64,000 nucleotides of DNA from the NCBI GenBank assembly GCA_963836175.1, contig CAWIIS010000008.1, positions 76,387 through 140,386 of the forward strand, read 5' to 3'. The notes under the pieces were generated by a model that saw only the letters and a program-made list of their open reading frames with translations, had not been told where the DNA came from and made no database searches. Both the position numbers and the translations under genes were made by a program. The DNA comes from Nitrospirota bacterium (GTDB taxonomy: Bacteria > Nitrospirota > UBA9217). Shown piece by piece: positions 56,642 through 64,000 of this stretch (positions within the stretch are counted from its first letter, which is position 1; the number at the start of each line of letters is the position of its first letter).

Positions 56642-59600
56642 ATGTTAGCGAAGATCATCGAGCTGTCTGCCCGAAACAAATTCCTCGTCTTTCTCGTTGT
56701 GGGTTTCCTGACCGCCTGGGGCGTCTGGGCCGTGTACCAGACGCCGCTCGACGCGATACCCGATCTTTCGGACGCCCAGGTGATCGTCTTCACCGAGTGG
56801 GCAGGCAGGAGCCCGGACCTGGTCGAGGACCAGATCACCTACCCCATCGTGTCGTCCATGCTCTCGGCGCCCAAGGTGCGCGTGGTGCGCGGCAAGTCCT
56901 TCCTCGGCCTGTCTTTCGTGTATGTGATCTTCGAGGACGGCACCGACATCTACTGGGCGCGGAGCCGGGTCCTTGAATATCTCCAGGGCGTGACCGGCAG
57001 GCTTCCCGCAGGGCGTGACGCCCGTGCTCGGCCCTGATGCCACCGGCGTCGGCTGGGGTTTTCAGTACGCGGTCACGGACGAGACCGGCAAACACGACCT
57101 TGCCCAGCTCCGTTCGCTCCAGGACTGGACGCTCAAGTACGCCATCGAATCCGTGCCGGGCGTGTCCCAGGTCGCGAGCGTGGGCGGTTTCGTGAAGCAG
57201 TACCAGATCACCGTCGACCCGAACCGGCTGTTCGCCTACAAGCTCTCGCTGATGAAGGTCATGGAAGCGGTCCGGAGGAGCAACCGGGACGTCGAGGGCA
57301 GGGTGGTGGAATGGTCCGGCCGGGAGTATATGGTGCGCGGCCGCGGCTACATCAAGGACAAGGCAGACATTGAAAAGATCGCCGTCGGCACCGACGGCAA
57401 GGGCACGCCGATCCTGCTGCGGGACATCGCGGCGGTACAGCTCGGCCCCGAGATCAGGCGCGGCGCCGCCGATCTGGACGGCAAGGGAGAGGCCGTGGGC
57501 GGCATCGTCGTCGTCCGGTTCGGCGAGAACGTGCTGTCGGTCATCGACCGCGTCAAAGCCAGGATCAAGGAGATCGAACCTTCGCTGCCGGAAGGGGTGA
57601 AGATCGTCACGACCTACGACCGGTCGGAGCTGATCCACCGGTCCGTGGACACGCTGAAGGAAGAGATCATCAAGCTCGGCCTGGCAGTGAGCGTGGTCTG
57701 CATCGTCTTCCTGTTCCATCTGCCGAGCGCCTTTGTCGTTATCCTGACCTTGCCGATCGCCATCCTCATCTCCTTTATCTGCATGTACTATCTGGGGATC
57801 AGCTCGAACATCATGAGCCTCTCCGGCATTGCCATCGCCATCGGCGCCATGGTCGACGCCTCGATCATCATGGTCGAGAACGCGCACAAAAAGCTGGAGG
57901 ACTGGGAAGCAGGCGGGCAGCGTCCACGGCTCCCGCGTGGACGTGATCATCCAGGCCGCGCAGGAAGTCGGGCCGTCGCTCTTTTTCTCGCTCCTGGTGA
58001 TCACCGTCGGGTTCCTGCCGGTCTTTACGCTCGAGGACCAGGCGGGACGGCTGTTCAAACCGCTTGCCTATACCAAGACGTTCTCCATGCTGTTCGCGAG
58101 CTTTCTCGCGATCACGCTCACGCCGGTACTCATGACCCTGTTCATCAAGGGAAAGATCAGGCACGAGGACAAAAACCCGATCAGCCATTTCCTGGCCAGG
58201 ATCTATCACCCGGTGGCGGAGTTCTCGCTCCGGTTCCGAAAGACCGTGATCATCATTGCCCTCGTGATCGTGCTGGTCACGATCTTTCCGTTCCTGCAGC
58301 TGGGATCGGAGTTCATGCCGCCCTTGTACGAAGGCACGCTTCTGTTCATGCCCACGGCGGTGCCCGGCGCATCGATCACGACCATGTCCGGCATCCTGCA
58401 GGCCCAGAACCGGATCATGAAGCAGTTCCCCGAGGTGGAGCAGGTTTTCGGCAAGGCCGGCCGCGCGGAAACGCCGACGGACCCGGCTCCGCTCGAGATG
58501 ATCGAGACCAATGTGACGCTCAAGCCCATGAACGAATGGCGTCCCCAGTTCAGGAAGTTCGAAGACCTGCGCGACGAACTCGATGCGGCGATCGCGATCC
58601 CCGGGGTGGGCAACAACTGGACCATGCCGATCATCGGCAGGATCGATATGCTGTCAACGGGCATCAGGACCCCGCTGGGCCTCAAGATCTTCGGCCCGAA
58701 GCTCGATGAGATAGAACGCATCGGACTGGACGTGGAAAAGACCCTGCGCGAGGTGCCCGGCACGCGCGCGGTCTATGCCGAACGGGCGAATACGGGATAT
58801 TTTCTCGATTTCACGATCAACCGCGACGAGATCAGCCCGCTACGATCTCACGGATCGAGGATGTGCAGGAAGTGATCCAATCGGCCATCGGCGGCATGAA
58901 CCTGACAACCACGGTGGAAGGGCGGGAGCGCTATCCCGTGAACGTCCGGTACGGCCGTGAACTGCGCGACGATGTGGAGAAGCTCAAGCGGGTGCTGGTC
59001 CCGGTGATGGACGGGGCCCAGGTGCCGCTGGGCCAGCTGGCCGATATCCGGGTCACGCGCGGACCGGGCATGGTGCAGAGCGAAGGCGGCAGGCTTACGG
59101 CCGCGGTGACGCTGAACATCGACGGAAGCGATTTCGGCGGCTATGTGGAAAAGGCGCGGAAGGCGATCGCGGAAAAAATAAAGATACCCGCGGGATATTC
59201 CCTGCTCTGGTCAGGCCAGTACGAGTACATGGAGAGCGTGAAGACCAAGCTCTTCTATGTCATCCCGCTGACGCTGTTCATCATCATCGTGCTGATCTAC
59301 CTCAATACCGCATCGTGGACCAAGACCGCAATCGTGCTTCTGGCGGTGCCGTTCTCGCTGGTCGGAACGGTCTGGTTTCTCTATATCCTTGGTTATCACA
59401 TGAGCACGGCTGTCTGGGTCGGCGTGATCGCCCTGGCCGGGCTCGATGCCGAGACCGGCATCGTGATGCTGCTCTATCTCGACCTGTCGTACAATCAATG
59501 GCACAAGGACGGCAGGATCAACTCGCTGCGCGATATTGAGGATTCCGTCATGGAAGGGGCGGTGAAACGCATCCGGCCGAAGATCATGACCGTGTCGGTG

Positions 59601-59783
59601 ATCCTGGCCGGACTGGTGCCGATCATGCTGTCGACCGGCACCGGCGCCGACGTGATGAAGCGCATTGCCGCACCCATGGTCGGCGGGGTCATAACCTCGA
59701 CCATCCTGGAGCTCATCATCTATCCGGCGATCTACGTGATCTGGAAGGAACGTGCCTTGGAAAAAGGCACGCGTTCGGAGTAG
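56642..59783 (+). CDS. cusA: CusA/CzcA-family heavy-metal RND permease; frameshifts near 57010, 57925 and 58840
   Basis: LDAIPDLSD.QVI, GPDATGVGW, GAMVDA.I.MVEN, GSEFMPPL.EG, DPAPLEM.ET, W.MPI..RIDML.TG, R.RPK.MT, MKRIAAPMVGG. Confidence 0.93.
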
Positions 59784-59863
59784 GGAGTGCGTAGTTAGGA
59801 GTAATGAGTTCGGAGTGAGGAGTTAAACGTAAAACTACGAACTCCCAACTCCAAACTCCAAAC
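59773..59863. repeat. Inverted heptamer array (GTNNGGA)x7 ... (TCCAAAC)x4 between convergent genes; likely bidirectional terminator
   Basis: GTTCGGA GTAGGGA GTGCGTA GTTAGGA GTAATGA GTTCGGA GTGAGGA ... TACGAAC TCCCAAC TCCAAAC TCCAAAC. Confidence 0.85.
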
Positions 59864-60555
59864 TATTTTTGGGAAGGGTTCATCGCGGCATCGTAACGTT
59901 TCAGGTAGTCGCTGACCAGGCGCTCGGGTTCATACCCGAGCGCTTTTGCGTAGAGGACCAGGAAACCGCGGAGGTAGGGCCGGGCGGGGAGCTTGCTGAA
60001 ATTCTCCGCTTCAATGAACTCGACATAGCGCGAGCCGAGTTTCGTCATATCGGCGAGGTTGCGGACGGTAATGTTGCGCTGTTCCCGCAGGTCCCTGAGG
60101 ACCGGGCCGGTTAATTCCGTGACCGTTGAAGGAAGCGGCTGGGGCGTCGGCATCACTACGGCAGGCATCGGCGTCGGCAGAGGCTCCCGTATCGGCTCGG
60201 CGCTCTTGAGATGGCGGATGTCCGCTTCAAGGGACAGGGACGGCTGCCGGGGCTGGGCCTGATAGGGTTTTTCCGCCGGTTGCAGCGCGGCAGGCGCAGG
60301 CGGCCCGCTGCTCTGGCGGAGCAGTGCGTCGTAGCGCTTACGGGTCTCTTCGTAGACCAGCGTACGGTAAGCCTCTTCGATGCGCCGGTTGATCGAGGCT
60401 GTTTCGTCCGCCGAGAAGAGGGAATAGAGCGCGATGGAGTTCGGTTCATAGATCTTGCGTATCCGGTCGTAGGCCCGGTGGATATCCTGCGACGAGGCGT
60501 CCGTGTTGATCTCAAGGAGTTCGTAGTAGTTCAGGTCCTCTATTTTCTTGATCAT
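59863..60555 (-). CDS. Degenerate J-like domain plus Pro-rich linker plus RodZ-type (XRE) HTH protein
   Basis: NYYELLEI..DAS..DI.RAY with YEPN in place of YHPD; LRDLREQRNI..IEAENF..LP..YLRGFL..YAKALG. Confidence 0.8.
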   Translation of the reverse strand: MIKKIEDLNYYELLEINTDASSQDIHRAYDRIRKIYEPNSIALYSLFSADETASINRRIEEAYRTLVYEETRKRYDALLRQSSGPPAPAALQPAEKPYQAQPRQPSLSLEADIRHLKSAEPIREPLPTPMPAVVMPTPQPLPSTVTELTGPVLRDLREQRNITVRNLADMTKLGSRYVEFIEAENFSKLPARPYLRGFLVLYAKALGYEPERLVSDYLKRYDAAMNPSQK

Positions 60556-60571
60556 GAAAGCTCCCGTAAAT

Positions 60572-60600
60572 AATCAAATCACAGACACCAAATCACAAAT
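60572..60600. repeat. One-sided heptamer array of the TCACAAA type
   Basis: AATCAAA TCACAGA CACCAAA TCACAAA. Confidence 0.55.
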
Positions 60601-60612
60601 AAATTTACCCTT

Positions 60613-61557
60613 TCAATAGAGCATGCTGGCGGTAAGCTGTTCTTTCCTGAGCACATTATGGACGATCCGTTCGATGCAGCGCGCCGGCCGCGAGTAGGGA
60701 TATTCGATCGCCAGCGGCCGCTTGCTCCGGATGGACTGCCAGACGCAGTCATCGTACTCGACATAGCCCAGATATTCAAGGCTGATGCCGAAGTACTTCT
60801 GACAGGCGCTCTTCATTGAAAAACCGATCTGGATGTCGTTCTTGGTCCGCACCTGGTTCACGACGAGCTTGGGCCTGAACTTCATCATCTCGAGCTCCAG
60901 GGTCTCGCCGCTTTCCGGCTCCAGCTGCTTGATGCGTTCGATCAGGTCGTAGGGAGTGCGGATCCCCATGTTGTTCTTCTGGTCCATGGCCGCATCGATC
61001 AGGTCCTTGATGTTCTGCCCGGTCACGATCCGCTTGAACCGGCGGTAAAAGGCGCTCTTGATGAACCGGTAGGCGTTCTCAATGGCGGTAGGTTCCGGCA
61101 GCACCACGAGAATGCCGTGGTCGGCGAACAGGAAAAAATCGAGGATGTTGAAGGACGTTCCGGCGCCGAGGTCGAGGATAATGTAGTCGGCATCAAGGGT
61201 TTCGAGGTGCCGCAGCAGGCGGGTTTTTTGCGCGAAGTTGGGGTTGGCCGCATCGAGGAAGTCCTGGGCGCCGCTCACCAGGCTCAGGTTCGGGATGCTG
61301 GTCTTGATGATAACGTCCTGGATGGTCTCGACGCGGCGGTTCAGAAAATCGGAAAGCGTCATCTCCGGCACGCCGATGCCGAGCGTCGTGTGCAGGTTCG
61401 CTCCGCCGAGATCGGCGTCCACGAGCAGGACCCGCTTCTTCAGGCGGGCGAGGGTGATGCCGATATTGCCGGTGATCAGGCTTTTACCGATGCCGCCCTT
61501 GCCGCCGCCGACTGCCCAGATCTCTTTTTTGCGCAGGGCGTCCTGGATCTCTTTCAT
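60613..61557 (-). CDS. MinD/FlhG-like P-loop ATPase
   Basis: GGGKGGIGKS deviant Walker A, VDADLGGANLH, ILDLGAG, PEPTAIENAYRF. Confidence 0.88.
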   Translation of the reverse strand: MKEIQDALRKKEIWAVGGGKGGIGKSLITGNIGITLARLKKRVLLVDADLGGANLHTTLGIGVPEMTLSDFLNRRVETIQDVIIKTSIPNLSLVSGAQDFLDAANPNFAQKTRLLRHLETLDADYIILDLGAGTSFNILDFFLFADHGILVVLPEPTAIENAYRFIKSAFYRRFKRIVTGQNIKDLIDAAMDQKNNMGIRTPYDLIERIKQLEPESGETLELEMMKFRPKLVVNQVRTKNDIQIGFSMKSACQKYFGISLEYLGYVEYDDCVWQSIRSKRPLAIEYPYSRPARCIERIVHNVLRKEQLTASMLY

Positions 61558-62247
61558 TAAGCCTGACTCTCCCCGGTGGCCGCGGTTTTCGTTGTATCTG
61601 CTGAAGGGGACTCCTCCTCCGGGGCCAGGTCCGCATACGCGGCCTCTTCCTCGAGGATCTCCGCCTCACTGGCCGGTGCTGCTGCGCGGTACTTCTTCCA
61701 TGGCATCCTCGCCCGCTTCAAGCTCCTGGAACTCCTTGAGCGTCGGCAGGGACGAGAGGTCCTTTAACCCGAAATACTGCAGAAAGTCCTGGGTCGTGCC
61801 GTACATCATGGGTTTGCCCGGCACATCCTTCTTCCCCACGATCTTGACGAGCCTGCGCTCCATCAGGTTCCGCATGATGCCGCCGATGTTGACGCCGCGG
61901 ACCGCTTCCACCTCGGTGCGCGTGATGGGCTGCTTGTATGCCACGATGGCCAGCGTTTCGAGCGCCGGCTTCGACAGTCTGGTCGAGACCTTGACGGTCT
62001 TGAACTTCCTGATCCAGCCGAAGTGCTCCGGCCGCGTCGCGAGCTGGTATCCGCCCGCCACCTCGGCAAGCATGATGCCGGCGCCCCGGTCGTCGTATTC
62101 CTGCCTGAGCAAGGCGAGCTGCAGGTCGATCTGTTCGGCAGACGCCTCATCGAAGATGCCCTTCAGCTTGTCCATGGACAAGGGGTTGCCCGAGACGAAG
62201 AGCAGCGCCTCAAGCGCCGATTTTAATTGTTGATCTTCCAATTTCAC
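61557..62247 (-). CDS. scpB: SMC-ScpAB subunit ScpB; acidic tail shifted by an indel near 61670
   Basis: LEALLF, VAGGYQL.T, LSKPALETLAIVAYKQPITR, YGTT..FL.YFGL..L..LP; the tail ends in a TAATG overlap with the next gene. Confidence 0.93.
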
Positions 62248-62304
62248 TACCTCTAAAAATTATAAGTGTTGAGTCCTTGAAATGCAAAAAAAGAACATGA
62301 GCTC

Positions 62305-62394
62305 TGCCACGAAGGCACGAAGACAGCTTAAGACCTGGTCAATGAGATCGTAAAGTTCTACCGTCTTTCTTCGAGCCTTCGTGTCTTCGTGGCA
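62305..62394. repeat. Inverted octamer array TGC(CACGAAGR)x2 ... (YCTTCGWG)x3 GCA
   Basis: TGCCACGAAGGCACGAAGAC ... TCTTCGAG CCTTCGTG TCTTCGTG GCA. Confidence 0.8.
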
Positions 62395-62421
62395 AAAGAT
62401 TCTGTTTGTCCGGGTCAAGAG

Positions 62422-63270
62422 CTACATCGCCATCGGGTCGCCCAGCCTGCCGAGTGCAACCTTGGCGTTCATCTTCACATCCATGTCCGTTGCGGTTTCC
62501 AGGATCTTCCGGATCTTCGGGACCGCGTCCTTCACGAACTCCGGGTTGGAGCTGCCGATGTTCCCGATGGCGGCGACCGCGTTCTTGACCGCGTTGGGAT
62601 GGCCGCTGTCCAGGTAGGCCATGAGCTTCGGCACCAGGCTTGCCACTTCCTTGGGATAATGGAGCCCGATGGCGCCCAGGGCGAAGAGCACGCCGCCGCA
62701 GGTTGCCTCTTTGGAGAACTCAAGCACTTCCACGAGCTTCGGTAGGATGCCGCGGATCAGCTCCGGCGCGTTGATGCCGACCTTGCCCAGGGCATGGGAC
62801 GCCGCTTCGCGCTCGTCGTCGTCGCCGGTTTCGAGCATCCGGATCAGCCGCGGGACCGCGTCGCGGACGAGGTCCGTGTGGGCGAAGCCGATGTTGCCGA
62901 GGGCGTAGGCCCCCTCCTGGCGCACGAGGCTCTGCTCATGTTCGAGGAGCGCCTTGAGCTTCGGCGCTGCCGCTGTTGCCGCTTCCTTGAAATTAAAACC
63001 CAGGTTACCGACCGCATTGGCCGCATCGATCTTGACGAACATGTCCGGGTCGTCCAGGAGCGCGATCAGGACCGGCAGATGACGCCGCGTGTCGTTGGGG
63101 TAATCAAAACCCACGCGCGACAACAGGTTCAATACGCCCGAGCGCACGTCGCCGTTCTTCTCGCCGAGCAGGGTCACCAGGTCGCCGATGAGCGAGCGGT
63201 CCGCGTAAATCGCCGTCTCGATCTCGCCGAATTTTTTTGCAAAGGCCAGTGCTTTGATGTCAGGTTTCAT
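62422..63270 (-). CDS. HEAT-repeat protein (282 aa, about 6 repeats)
   Basis: Repeated P.L..LL...D..VR..A..ALG.IG units. Confidence 0.85.
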   Translation of the reverse strand: MKPDIKALAFAKKFGEIETAIYADRSLIGDLVTLLGEKNGDVRSGVLNLLSRVGFDYPNDTRRHLPVLIALLDDPDMFVKIDAANAVGNLGFNFKEAATAAAPKLKALLEHEQSLVRQEGAYALGNIGFAHTDLVRDAVPRLIRMLETGDDDEREAASHALGKVGINAPELIRGILPKLVEVLEFSKEATCGGVLFALGAIGLHYPKEVASLVPKLMAYLDSGHPNAVKNAVAAIGNIGSSNPEFVKDAVPKIRKILETATDMDVKMNAKVALGRLGDPMAM

Positions 63271-63284
63271 AAGTTAAGTAAAAG

Positions 63285-63311
63285 GGTCCAGGGACCAGGT
63301 TCAGGGTCCAG
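63285..63311. repeat. Short heptamer array of the GGTCCAG type
   Basis: GGTCCAG GGACCAG GTTCAG GGTCCAG. Confidence 0.55.
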
Positions 63312-63326
63312 GAGATCAAAACCGTG

Positions 63327-64000
63327 CTACTTGCCTTCGATCATTCCATCTCCGAAAAGGTTCCCCGTTGCATTGTCCCGGTCCTGCGAATCGATCACGG
63401 CCTTCATGATCCGAATGGGGCCGAACTGCTCCATCTGGAAGACCTTGATGACCCGCGTCTTGAGCAGTTCGAGCAGCGCCATGAAGGTGCCGATGATCTG
63501 GGCTTTGCTGGTGGTGTTGTCAAAGAGCTCGGTAAAGAGCATGCAGTCCGTGGTCTCGAAGCGCGCCAGGATCTGCGAGATCTTCTCGGTGATCGAGACG
63601 GCCTCGGGCGTCACGTCGAAGCTCGCATCCGGCACGCGCGCCATGACGTCCTTCAGCGCCGCAAGCAGGTCGAAGAGATGGAAATCGAACAGCAGCGGCT
63701 GATCTTCCTCGGGGATGTCGGAGGCGGCTTCGGCCGGCCGGGTGTAGATCTGCGACCACGTCTCTTCCTTGCCCCCCAGGGAGGAGGCCGCTTCCTTGAA
63801 GCTCTTGTACTCAAGCAGCCGGCGGATAAGCTCGGCCCGCGGATCGACGCCATCCTCATCGGCCTCAGGGTGCTCGGGAGGCGGCAGCATTTCCCGGGAC
63901 TTGATAAGCGTGAGCGTCGACGCCATCACGAGGAACTCACCGGCAATCTCCATATCGAGGCTCTTCATGAGCTCGATGTATTCGAGGTATTGCTGGGTGA
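63327..64000 (-). CDS. scpA: SMC kleisin ScpA (5' end beyond the window)
   Basis: TQQYLEYI, AGEFLVMASTL..IKSR.MLP, DPR.EL..RLLEY..FK, F.ALLEL.K, Q...FG.I. Confidence 0.93.
   Translation of the reverse strand, partial: TQQYLEYIELMKSLDMEIAGEFLVMASTLTLIKSREMLPPPEHPEADEDGVDPRAELIRRLLEYKSFKEAASSLGGKEETWSQIYTRPAEAASDIPEEDQPLLFDFHLFDLLAALKDVMARVPDASFDVTPEAVSITEKISQILARFETTDCMLFTELFDNTTSKAQIIGTFMALLELLKTRVIKVFQMEQFGPIRIMKAVIDSQDRDNATGNLFGDGMIEGK

Overview
Bacterial chromosomal window, GC-rich coding DNA, probably from a Nitrospirota or Desulfobacterota-like anaerobe or microaerophile (inferred from gene content). Many conserved genes are split by single-base indels, most likely long-read assembly error. 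Content, left to right: DUF853 ATPase; a small MerR-like HTH gene, pilMNOPQ and three large surface-lipoprotein genes (Ig-like/FN3, YfaP-like); dnaJ-hspR-clpB with a HAIR-like operator; a diguanylate cyclase; an atypical TrxB; two moeA genes enclosing a HEAT-protein/HD-GYP pair; tolQRAB separated from pal-cpoB by about 16 kb of signalling genes, including an RpoS-like sigma factor behind a duplicated two-box promoter; a sigma54-type copper cluster (P1B ATPase, cytochrome c, Met-rich protein, beta-barrel, CusCBA); and a minus-strand scpA-HEAT-scpB-MinD/FlhG-like-J/HTH cluster. No rRNA, tRNA, CRISPR array or transposase is evident. The most distinctive unexplained signals are (i) a family of intergenic, often inverted, 7-8-nt tandem arrays with shared architecture but different unit sequences, (ii) the HEAT/HD-GYP pair sharing a homologous N-terminal domain, (iii) a HEAT gene inside scpAB, and (iv) the twin 44-bp regulatory modules.
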